DNA of 64,000 bases, from assembly GCA_028534125.1 (NCBI GenBank), contig CM052817.1:25422001-25486000 (forward strand). The letters are read 5' to 3'. The notes under the pieces were generated by a model. The model had not been told where the DNA came from and made no database searches. It worked only from the letters and a program-made list of their open reading frames with translations. Origin of the DNA: Lama glama (lineage: Eukaryota). The position numbers and the translations under genes are program-made. Below, one piece after another: positions 38,451-49,938 of this stretch (its first letter is position 1; every line of letters starts with the position of its first letter).

Positions 38451-40589
38451 AAAATCAAGTGTTCTGAATTCTATTATTACTTCATTTATTAGCTGAAATA
38501 CGTCCATGTGAGAAATAGTCCTTCATCAGTGATTGAGTTACTCTTTGAGGTACAGTCCTGAACAAATAAATATACCTTTACAATTTTATTTTTGATAAAA
38601 ATGAAAAGGGTTTTGTTAGAAGGGATGCTTTATATTAGACTATTTTTTTCTCTTATGATTGCAAGTCTTTCAAAGCACTCATTTCCTTCAACTTAGATAA
38701 AACAGAAAAATTAAAGAATAAAAGTGATTTAAGTAATGTCTTAAAATGACACAAACTATAGCAAGTTAATGTGTAATTCATTTCTAAATGGAGTCAGAAC
38801 TCATTGCCATAGGCATCAAAAAAGTCATTGAAGGCTTTATGAGCTAAATGGTGGGGTTAGAATTTAAACCAAAATGAGCCACAGAGCCCATCATCTTACT
38901 GCACGGAGCTGCTCCTGCTGGTGGTAAAGGGTCCCAGGTACGGTGAGGTGTGGCGATGCCAAGGAGCTGTTGCTGTGATGCAGTCGTCAAGTGGCAAGGC
39001 CCTGTATGAGATCCCATACAGGTTGTAGGCAGCTCTTACCTTTTAAACTGAATTTAACCTAAATTTTTTTTAAGGGGAGAGGAGATTGACCTTTAGCAAA
39101 GAGGCAGATAAATACCTGACATTGTTCCAGAAATCGGGGACAAACAAGTTTAGTGCAGTATGTATAGCATGTAGATTTGAATATTTTGTGCATATTCATT
39201 GATGGAAATGATTTCGAGGGGAAAAAGGATTTTGTTTGTTTATTTTTAATCTCGTTTGATTTCCCAAAACCTTGAAGGTGAATGAGATCTGCTTAATCTC
39301 CAGGCCAAGTCTCTTTCCTTACACTCCTGAGAATATTAGTGCTTTTATTTAGAAGGATTTGCATCAAGATCCTGACTAGCAGACTGAATAAAATCTGTAA
39401 GAGTAAATTAAATTTAAAAGGCTTGGAGGAGGATGGCCAGCCAGGGTCGAGGCTGCTGAATTATCTGACCTCATTCATATAAGCAGGCGATCTCACATCC
39501 TTTGTTTACGGCCCGCTGTGGGGCCCTGGACAGCAATTCTTAGAACCATATCCATCTGTACAGCTGCTAGGCTGGGAACTGGTTAATAATAGATCTCAAG
39601 ACACAAAAGGGGTTTTCATCCTTAATTATGAATTCATCCATTTTTCACTGGCTGTGGGGTTTGTTCTTGCTGCTATACAGAAGAGGGTGGCAGCACCATT
39701 GATTTGAGCAGCCTGTTATCAGATTGTGTCTGCAGATTATAATACGTCCTGTGATGTGGCAAGTATAATTTTGAAGTCATGGCCTTATGTTGAGTTCATG
39801 ATGACATTCACGTGTTGTCATGAGACCCAGGACAGCCTTCAGCAAAGCAGCGATGCACAAGAACGACACAGTATTACTTCTGTAATTGTGTGTGAAGATG
39901 TCTTAGTTGAACTCATAGAGCAGGGACACCACTAACTACAGGATTGTTGGCATGGCACGGGCGATGGGGAGTTTAAATACTGAAACGCAGGAAGTGATCT
40001 AGAACCAGGGGCCTCTGCAGCTTTTTCAGGTAGAACCCAATCTAGATCTTGTTCACTTTTCCACCCAAACCAAAGTGATCTGTAGACTTTACCTTTAACC
40101 AAAGTGCTGAGCACTTAAATCAAACTTGGATAGGAAGTGCCTAGAGCAGGTTGCTGAAGATCTGGGTGGTGCATGGGCAGTGATTCTGTAACCTGTGAAA
40201 TGGCGAGCAGACTGGATATTTTCCTTGTGAGGAAGCAGTTGGTTTGATGTATTTTAGCACTAGAAGTGGACTAGTACAAAACACAGGAGAAGAGGGCTCA
40301 CAAATAATGAAAGAGGGAGACCAAACAGGATCAAGATGGACATTGTATTTACTTTAGGTTAAAGATTGGCTTATTTCCTAAGGAGAAATTAGAGTGAATA
40401 CAAGCTAATAGTCTTCCTGTGTAAAAAGTGCTAATAGGAAGTTGGTGAGGGGGGTGGGCGTTTCTCAAAAGAAGAAATGTAAATGGTATTTTCAAAAAAA
40501 GATTCGGCTTCAATAATGAAGTCAATATAGAAATAGTATCAATTTTGATGCTAACAAATTGGCAACATTTTAAACTTTTTAGATGGAAA

Positions 40590-40900
40590 TGCACATTGCT
40601 GGTAGAAATGTTGGGAAGCAGGTTCTATTTTATTGATGGAAATAACAGAGTATCTTTGGATGATACAGCAGATGCTCTGGAAAAATGTACATGGCTTCTC
40701 ATTCACCCTTTCATAAAATTTACCCTAAAAATTAATTAAGAATGTGTAGGAAGGTGTAAGTATAAAGATGCTCATTGCCGTCTGTAGTGGTGAAAATTTA
40801 GAAGCAACCTAAATGCCCGATGAAAGGAATTTTTTTAAGTCTGATTGGTTTACACAGTGGCACCTTGAATTTGATGGTATACAACCAAACTTAGTGAGAA
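40590..40900 (+). mobile_element. Ancient L1 (L1ME-like) 3' fragment
   Basis: AAAGATGCTCATTGC..TAGTGGTGAAAATTTAGAAGCAACCTAAATGCCC resembles the old L1 ORF2 end. Confidence 0.45.
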
Positions 40901-41441
40901 AGAAACATTTTCCCACTAAATTGCCAAGTGATGTTATGGTTACTATACAGTATACATACTATAATCCATATGAAAAAGAGTTTGGAAGGATTTTTTTTTA
41001 AAAAAAAGATATTCATGGTGGTTGGTTCTAGCTTGTCTTTTTGCCTGTCTTGTTTCTTTCTGATTTTTCTGTTATGAACATAAGGAGACAAGGAAAGGTA
41101 TTTAACATTCATATATAGTGTGAACTTCTGTTGAGATGCATGGTAATTGTAAGCAAGCTTCACTGCTCAGAAGAGGCTGTCCCCATTGTTCCAGAATGTC
41201 ATGGTTTGTGTATTTGAGTTAGAAACGCCAGTTGGTGCTTACCTGGTTATGACCATGGGGTCTGGCTTTCGTTATATAAAATGGCATCTTTCATAGGTAC
41301 GGGAAGCAAATTCCAGCCATCCCGGGGGCAGAGGAGAGGAAGGAGTTGGGGTGGCGGGGTGAGGAATACTATATTTTATTTTTACTGTTTATATTGAAAG
41401 TACCCTTGGGATTTAGGCAGACACCTTGTTTTGTTTCCTAG

Positions 41442-41480
41442 GCCAATCACCAGAGCACCCTAGAAAGCGTAACTAAGAGA
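41442..41480 (+). other. KLF3: KLF3 exon 2, 5'UTR part (39 nt)
   Basis: Acceptor TTGTTTTGTTTCCTAG|G ends at 41441. Confidence 0.9.
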
Positions 41481-41537
41481 ATGCTCATGTTTGACCCTGT
41501 CCCTGTCAAGCAAGAGGCCATGGACCCTGTCTCGGTG
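41481..41537 (+). CDS. KLF3: KLF3 coding exon (exon 2): MLMFDPVPVKQEAMDPVSV, with SUMO motif VKQE
   Basis: Recognisable KLF3 N-terminus; donor GTG|GTAAGT, phase 0, 57 nt. Confidence 0.97.
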
Positions 41538-44500
41538 GTAAGTTTTCCAAAACTGAACGTCTCTCCTTATTCATTCCAAGTGTCGATAACCTGACTGTGG
41601 TGGCATTATTCCTTAAAGTTACTCGACAGGCATTTGGTGGGCAAACTTTTCTGAAAGCCTCTGGTAGTAAGTGGGGTAAACACCCTCCTGGTGACTGTGC
41701 CCCATGTAATGGGATTCGTGTTTCCTTAAGCGCCCTCCCCACGCCCCAGAGATGATCAGCGTAGAACTTGAACCACAGGCGAGTCTAGTCGTAATAGAAG
41801 TCAATTTACAGAAACCTCTCAGTTACCAGTTTTTTAGTTTGAGCTCTCAGGATTATTGGTTTTGGCAAAAAAAGAAGAAAGAAGAAAAGAAAACGGTTGG
41901 CCAGGTTGATTTTTAAAAATTAATATGCATCTAGGGACATTAAAAAAAAACCTGTATGCAGTGTTTATCATGATTAGGAAGCAGTTTCCAAATGTACTTA
42001 CAAGAAGTCTGCATCATGAACATGTTTACTTAGAGGTGTTTTACTGCAGATCACTGCCCAGACTATATAGAAGAGTTTTTTAAACATGTTTGTGAATGTC
42101 ATTTTTTTTTTTCATACTGGAGAAAAAAAATATTCCATTTTGTCTCATGTAGTGTTCAGGATGTCCTTCATGGGGCTGATCAAAAAGATAAAACCTGAAG
42201 GGGAAAAGCTCTTCAGTTCTTTTGCATGTAAAAATATATTAAGAATAAAATGATTTGCTTAAAATCACTGCAGCCATATGGAGCTGTGAGGGTATGAGAG
42301 GGACCTGGGAGGAAGCTAGTGAAAGAACGAACTTGGTGTGAGGGTGGAATGAATCCCTGCTTCACTTGGAAGAGTCCTGGCTGGGAGGGAATTAGGTTCA
42401 CTGTCGTTTTCAACACCTTAGTGCTAAGCTAGCCCCTCCCGGGAGCCAGGCCCCTCTACCTGCTTCTGGGCCACCAGGGAACCAGTGGTTAGTCCAGGTG
42501 TTTATGTAGGTGCGTCACTGCTGTGCCAGTGGGACACAGGGGGCCACAGAAAGGTGTCTGACTTCAAAGCAGGGAGTGGTTGAGACTTGAGGGGATCTGA
42601 GTTAGTAAACATGAAATAACAAAGCCACGCTCCCAACTCTGCCTTGCTCTTTTCTTTTGCGGGCTTGGAAAATACTCACGGGGAAAAACTTGGCCTGAGT
42701 TGTATATCTGAAGGTTGGTAATGACACGCTTGCAAAAATTAGATCATCCTTCTGCATTGGCTGTGGAGGTTCCTGCCAAAACTGTTTATACAAGACTCCG
42801 GGGTCACTCCAAGGCCCTTGGAACTGAGTTGCCATAGAGATTACTAAGCCAGTGAAGTGTTTACCACTGTGTGCAGTGAAAAGTTAAGTCAGAGTACCTT
42901 TAAGGAAATAACATTTACATTCTCGCACGATAACTGGATAACCGTGTGTCTGAATATGATAATAACAACAATAAGAATTATTAATCAGAAAACTAAATTG
43001 ACTTCTAATGTTACTCATGTTGTCATCATAGTCATCAACTCCTTTCCCCCAACTATTACATAATCACATTGGAGGAAAATTAAGGTATAAAATTTCCCCA
43101 TTAATTATATCCTTGAAATATGAAGTTTTTTAGTATTGAAGAATATGATTAATTTTATAAATGATGCAGAACCATCAGTGATGCATTTTACTATTCATTA
43201 TACTTCCAATGCTTTTAATCAAGCATGAGAATGTGGCACCGGAGCCTAATTTAAAGCTAAAATGAAGTTGGCAGGATACAATTAAGGCAAGGAAATGCAC
43301 TTTGCTGAAAAAAAATGGACATAAAATGAATTTGAAGTAATAGTAAGTATAAGTTAATACTGTAACTTATATTAATACATGAAGTTAAAATATGTAGAAG
43401 TATTTTTGCAATTTAATGGTCTTTTTCTCCTTCATGCTCCAGTTTTCAACTTCAACTGATGCTTATAGAATTTAATTAGATCATTTCACCAAAAGATAGT
43501 TTCAGTCCTTACAATGAAGTTTCTTCTTAATTCAGCAAAATCTCAGTTAACTGAAACATTTGGGGGAGTAGTAGGGCATTGGGATTATTTTTCGTAACAA
43601 AATTACATGAAAAGCTTTTGTTTCCACTCTTAAATCTTCAAATTTCATCTTTCCTGCCTTCATAGGTGGAGTGTATGAAAACCTGATTTATTGTTCCTTT
43701 ATTCCTTTCTTTTTAATTCCACCTTTGGCCTGAAGGTTGAAGTCTTTATTTATTCAGGCCAGTGTCCTAAACGTTAAGGCAGTGTAGGGCATTTGAAGAT
43801 TTTTGTTTTAATTCCACATGAATAAAAATATTTTATAGTGACTCATTTATTCCCCTTTTTCTTATAAGGTGAGAGAAGAGCAGAGGCAATCTACCTGTTT
43901 GGTGTTTTGCTATAGTTTAGAGAAAGAGAGGAAATGTCTTTCTCTCTAACGAAATGTAAGCCTTCACACTGTCCTGTAGTAAATCGTGTGCCCTGAGGCA
44001 AATGGTAAGACTCTGGGTTATCCTGTTAAAATTTGCAAGAACTGGGAGCAGAGCACACCCTCCCCTCTGTGCTGAGGATCTCTGCTTCCTACTGTCAGTG
44101 CCACGCCAGCAAAGCCACCCTAGCTCCCTGAACCTCCAATTTTTTCTCATTTGTAGAATTGGAGATTATAATTTGTAAAATATGAAATGGCAGGTGTATA
44201 TAAAATATGTATGTAAAGGAGTTCTTTCTACCAATACACTTCCAAAGAAGGTTGAAAGATTAAAAGAATTTAATTCAGGAAGTGAGAAAGAAAAACTTTT
44301 TAAAATTACTCTTCCTTATTCTAGTCCTACAGAAAGATTACTTTTGAAGAAAGTGTATTTTTTACTTTTCTGTAGTGAAAATTGTGATCTTATAGATTGA
44401 GAAGTACTGAAAATCAGTAGTTCTTCTGCCCTGTTGTAACAAACTTTTCATGACTTTTCTGAGCCCGGCAGAAAGAGAGCTTTCTACTTTTGTTTGCAGA

Positions 44501-46199
44501 GAGGGGCATGACATTTACTGTTTCCAGAGAGTTTGTTTATAAATGCACCGCGCCTTCCTGCACTTGGAACCCCACCCTTGGTTTGAAGATTCCTTTGACT
44601 TGCCATGGCCTTGTCACGGATGTCCACATTTTTTTCGTATTAATGAATAGTGAAACAGAGACTCTTCCATGTTTCGTGCAGTCATTCCATCCACTGGAAC
44701 CAGCTTGTAATGGAAAACTCACCAAAACTGTTCCCAATAAAATAAGAAACTCTTAATTCTCACTTTCATATAAGGTGATAGCCTTGGAGAAAAACAGATG
44801 TTTTGGAAAAGCAAACCCATTACCACCCCTAGTGGGGGTCGTGAGGCGGGGAGACCCTTGCTTGAGTCTCGCCTCCAGGCTGCTCTGTTCCAGCAAACCG
44901 GGCTCCTCGGGTAAACAGTGTGCGTGGGGGGCCGTGGATGCCCGTCTGTGGCCAGAGCCACTCTTTCTGCAAGAAGACTTGCCTCTGTTTCTGATTTCAG
45001 GCTGGTGCAGCCACACTTTGCATTGCTTTGTTAGAAGACAGGAATGATCTGGAGCAGAGAGGAGGCAGCTATTACCAGGGCGTACCCACCCAAGGCACAC
45101 ACCCCAGCAAGCCCCGTGTCAGTCCTTACACTGGAGAACCAGATTGTTGCAAGCCGATTGCAGTAGCTCATGTGCTCCACCCAAACAGTTGCAGTAAACA
45201 CGTCTCATAGAAGGTTCTGGTAAACATTGCTCTGAAATTTGCCAGACAGTTTGAAGAACCACATTTCTTTACCCTTAGGTGAGGCAGTCGGACGGGAAGT
45301 AGTTAATAGTGTACTCAGTTGTTTGGACCTCTGCTTTTAGCCCTGCCTAGAGCCTTACAAAAGCCGCATGTCCAGTCTAGGGGACAGGGAGCGTTCACGG
45401 AGGGCAGGCTCTCTGCAGAGCTGGGCATAATGTTTACAAAACTTAGCTCTGTGGGTGGCTGGTTCTTTATGGCTTGAGAAACCTGAGACTGTTATTAAAT
45501 TTGCCAATCTCCCAGGTTCTAAATCCCTGCTTTCCTTAAACTCACCCCACAGATAGGAAAATCCAGCAATGACAGCAGTAGAAGTATGTCCCCATTTTTG
45601 CTTCCTATGTAGCTGCCAATAACTTGGCATTAAAATCTAGGTCATAGGGAGGTCTTTGAAGATTAGGGCTGAAAATAAGGGAGAAGCTACATTTCAGTGA
45701 GTAGAAACAATGAACACTGCCTCCCATTTCCTGGAGTTTTTGTTTCTCCTACCAGAACTTTTGCCTTTTAGAAAATTATATCAAGCTGGTTAAACTTTAG
45801 AGCCAGGAGTAATCATCTTTTTCCTCCTGTAGTTAATTACTTCCTTAAACCCTCATTGTACATAATTTATCATTTTTTGTTAGTAAGCCTGGTGCCTCTT
45901 TTGATTTTGCCTATTATAATATTATTTAATTTTAATATTACTGTCTGTTTTGGGCCTCTGACCTTATGTTGTACCAGGGTGTATCTCCTTCTAAAGAAAG
46001 GTAGAAATAGTCTTCTCCTCATTTGATCTCGGATACATCACTCAAAGCTATTTTTAAAAACCATAATTTGTGTAGTTTGTGTTTCCTGATTTTATAACCT
46101 CATGTCCTTGTTTATACTAAAAATTAATATTTGTATTGTATACCTCTGTCATTTAGGGCTATGCTGTTCCAAAGGTGGTCTATGGCACCTTGGCTCACT

Positions 46200-46278
46200 C
46201 CCCAGTAATTCAGAACCTGCATTTTAACAAGATCCCCAGGTGAATTTGTGTGCTCAGTAAAGTTTGAGACGCCCTGAT
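46200..46278. mobile_element. MER5-like hAT-Charlie fragment
   Basis: CTGCATTTTAACAAGATCCCCAGGTGA..AAAGTTTGAGA. Confidence 0.7.
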
Positions 46279-46512
46279 AGGGAGTATCAAAGCCATGACA
46301 GTGTACATGTTATGTAAGGAAGGAGGAGAAGGGACCCCCTGGGACCACAGTGTGTGTTAAGTTCATCTACATAGGAAGCATCTCATTGAGTCCAATTTTA
46401 GTCTTAACCCCACAAACTCTTAGAAGGTGGGCATCCAGTACCATCTTTGACAAGTTTTGCCATATCCTCATGCACCTGTACTTCTAATATTTAGGAAGTC
46501 ATTTTTCTTGCC

Positions 46513-46631
46513 TTTTTTTAAAAAATTAAAGTATGTTAATTTACAGTGTTGTATTAGTTTCAAGTATACAGCAAAGTGATTCAATTACACATATACATGT
46601 GTATATCTATTCTTTTCAATTTTTTCTAGAA
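46513..46631 (-). mobile_element. Short L1 3'-end insertion
   Basis: T-rich start + ATTAAAGTATGTTAATTTACAGTGTTGTATTAGTTTCAAGTATACAGCAAAGTGATTCA; same family as 9514-9677. TSD weak. Confidence 0.7.
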
Positions 46632-47962
46632 TTGCTTTTTTAACATAAAATTATTTTTAAAAGGAACTTTGTTACTACTGTTAAAAAAACATAGATTTTT
46701 TTCTTATGCATTTAAATAAACATGTAAGTATTTTAAAGGGCTGTATGTTCATTGTGTACCGTCTGTAAGTATCTGGGGTACCCTCAGAGAGATGTGCACC
46801 AGACTGCGGGAACCACTGTTCCAGGTGGTTATACAGATTACGATGACACTGTATCAAGAAAGAAAGGACAAAAAACAAAACACATAATCTTAATGATGAG
46901 AAACTAATGTCAGAACCAGATAAAGGTTTGCTTGGTCCCTTACTTTCCAGTACTCTGTCCAGTACTCTGGTGCTCAGTTGGCCCAGAGAAGGAACCAGGC
47001 ATCTAGAGTTTTAAAAGCTGCACCAGGGATTCTGATGCATAGCCACATGGGAGATTCTCCCAGAGAGGAAAGGGTGTGGTCTCAGTAGCAGTCCCAGTCA
47101 AAACCACTGCTATCCCACAATTATTTGTAACTTACATTAGTGGCCACTGGAGGAGCTCGGGAGGCTCAGAAATTAATAGTACATTCAAGCTGTTTAATTA
47201 TAAGGCCCTGTTGGTGGGTTTTCTTGGGTGCATCATGAGCTAATGTTGCCTCAGAATCACGAACCATACAGGGTTTTAGAGCTGGAAGAGAGAGGCACAG
47301 TATGTTTGTTGCTTATCACTTTGATTGTGAAACATTCAAATACAAGTCATTTTCTGCAGACAGACTTGACATATTATGACTAAAACTTTCAGTTTCTCTA
47401 AAATGCTTACAGGTAAAAAAAATGGCTTATGTTGAATTTAATTTTTCAAAAAGCATTCTACAACAGGGCTTTTCTTTTTAGCTTTAGTTAAGGAATGGAA
47501 GTAATTTTAGTGAATTCCATGGCCAAGGACACAGCGTGCAAACATTATGATTGATTTGTATTTAAAGCTGGTAGATGAGAGGTTATCCTGATATTATAGG
47601 AGAGAAAGGTACTTGAAGATAAATTAGGTCAGTTGTGGAATAGATCTTAGACTTGGGTGGGAACAAACCATTTTGTCTCTCCTCCAGTATCTTGTTAGGT
47701 TGTCCTCCAGCCTCTTTTGACGAGGGGGTAGCAAGGAGTCAAGGAGAGAAGGCTGGGCCTTGTGTGCAAGTCGCTTCCAGCATCACATGTCCTTATTTGA
47801 GTCATATTATATTAGCTCTTTCTTAAAATTCTGTGTCATCCACAGGGTTTGGAAATTAAGTCATCCTCTGCAGCTCCATTCAAACTGTGAATAAGTCCGT
47901 TGAACAAGTTGGGCCAAGGATGTAAACACCCTAGTGTGGGTGGCCTCCCACATATAGGTGTG

Positions 47963-48075
47963 TAGGGTAGCTGGCCATCCTAGTTTGCCTGAGTCTGGGC
48001 CATTTCCTAGGATGTAGGACTTTTAGTGCTAAAGCCAGGACAGTTCCAGGCAAACCAGGACTCTTGGTCACCCTG
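47963..48075. mobile_element. MER81-like hAT-Blackjack MITE
   Basis: TAGGGT..TCCTAGTTTGCCTG … CAGGCAAACCAGGA..GGTCACCCT inverted termini; central GGACTTTTAGTGCTAAA. Confidence 0.75.
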
Positions 48076-48623
48076 GGCATGGATTGGTCAGTGGCCAAAG
48101 TCCAACCAGAGGCACTGCCTTGCAGCTCTGTTTGTCTGTGGTACACACAAGCATGTGGGAAGTGTTCGGTGTCTTTCTGCTGAGGTGGAAGACACTAGAG
48201 CCAGGGAGAGTACTTCCTGCCAATTGAGAAACCCATCAGAAAGGCAGCAAGATTAGTTGGCTTGGCTGGTTCTTGGTGAACCCTAATGCCAGCTCCCAGT
48301 GGTAAAGGCCCATAAGCCTTCTGTCTCATATATGACCTGTTTTAGAATCTTTCCAGGTGTCATCCTCATCCTTAACACCGGCATCATCCTAGAACTGAAT
48401 TTGAGATTTTTCATGACACAGTTAACGCATCAGCCTTAGTGCTTACCTTGATTAGACCAGCTCTCGTAGCGTTTTTTAGGGTCAAGTGTGTATCTAAATC
48501 CAAACCACTTACCAAAGTCCACGTACCTGAATGAGCCTTGCTGTGTATGTTCACCTCAATTTGTGTTTCAAGCAAATGTGCTTACTTGGCTGTTGACACG
48601 CTTCTGTCTGTCTTTGCCAATAG

Positions 48624-49110
48624 TCATACCCGTCTAATTACATGGAGTCGATGAAGCCCAACAAGTACGGCGTCATCTACTCCACACCATTGCCGGACAA
48701 GTTCTTCCAGACCTCGGAAGGCCTGTCGCACGGGATGCAGATGGAGCCGGTGGACCTCACTGTCAACAAGCGGAGTTCACCGCCCTCGGCTGGGAGCTCT
48801 CCGTCCTCCCTGAAGTTCCAGTCCTCACACCGGAGAGCCTCGCCCGGGCTGAGCATGCCCTCGCCCAGCCCGCCCGTCAAGAAGTACTCGCCGCCACCGC
48901 CGGGCGTGCAGCCCTTCAGCGTGCCGCTGTCCATGCCGCCCGTGATGGCCGCGGCGCTCTCCCGGCACGGGATCCGGAGCCCGGGCATCCTGCCCGTCAT
49001 ACAGCCCGTCGTGGTGCAGCCCGTCCCCTTCATGTACACCAGCCACCTCCAGCAGCCCCTCATGGTCTCCTTGTCGGAGGAGATGGAAAATTCCAGTAGT
49101 AGCATGCAAG
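48624..49110 (+). CDS. KLF3: KLF3 exon 3 (SYPSNYMESM…SSSSMQ), repression domain with CtBP-binding PVDLT (48747-48761)
   Basis: Acceptor TCTTTGCCAATAG|, donor CAAG|GTAAAT; 487 nt; translation matches KLF3. Confidence 0.98.
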
Positions 49111-49787
49111 GTAAATGCCGCTGCTCTCCCACACTGCTGCTCCTGCTTTGTGTGTACTTGCTGGTCTTCACCAGATAGTCTGGGTGAGGGAGCAAAGGAT
49201 GCCAAGAGCTGTTGAACTCTTAAAGGAAATAGTCAACTTAGAGTCTGCCTAAGGCATTTCCTTTCTTTTTTGTAAGTGTTGATACTGGAAGAGCTCCCAA
49301 GAATCAGGCTGTCTGTTTAATACTATGAAACAGTTAGTTTCACTGTGTAATTGTCAACTTCGGGATAACAAGAGATTTTGACTTTATTTTGCTTTATTGA
49401 ATGCCAGCATGGTTCTTGGTGCAAAAAGACCCCAAAAGACATTTAAGAAATACCATTAAACCATAGTGATGACTATTAAGAGCCACCTTGTTCACTGACT
49501 GGTCAGAGGCAGAAGACGGGGGTTAAAAGGAGATAACCAAAATCATAAGGAAGAAATCCTCTGGGGGCTGATGTCTTAAAAGTCCAGCTTCTGACATACA
49601 ATGCTTGCTAGCAGAATTATGGTCAGGAGAAAAAGAATGCCCCGCAGATTCATTTCTGCTGTCATTTTGCCAAAGACACATACATACACACACAATGGCG
49701 TAGTAGGTAGAAGCTGTGCAGTAAGCTTTTAAAGGCTGAAATTGGTGAACTGTACATAGAGTGACTTTTCTGTTTTTATTTTTTTAG

Positions 49788-49938
49788 TACCTGTAATTGA
49801 ATCATATGAGAAGCCTATATTACAGAAAAAAATTAAAATAGAACCTGGGATCGAACCACAGAGGACAGATTATTATCCTGAAGAAATGTCACCCCCCTTA
49901 ATGAACTCAGTGTCCCCCCCGCAAGCATTGTTGCAAGA
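49788..49938 (+). CDS. KLF3: KLF3 exon 4 (VPVIESYEKPILQKKIKIEPG…QALLQE), SUMO motif IKIE (49832-49843)
   Basis: Acceptor TTTATTTTTTTAG|, donor AGA|GTAAGT; 151 nt; frame consistent with neighbours. Missed by the ORF track. Confidence 0.97.

Noticed and set aside
43348..43371. 9-bp inverted repeat TATAAGTTA-N6-TAACTTATA
   Set aside because: Likely by chance in AT-rich intron; weak stem.
46946..46969. 12-bp tandem repeat TCCAGTACTCTG x2
   Set aside because: Ordinary micro-duplication with no functional cue.
48677..49195. 172-aa antisense ORF over exon 3
   Set aside because: Shadow of the high-GC3 sense frame; starts at a non-ATG codon, with no supporting promoter or splice signals.
49826..49832. 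A7 run in exon 4 as a frameshift or slippage signal
   Set aside because: The reading frame is intact (AAA AAA ATT) and no downstream stimulatory structure is evident.
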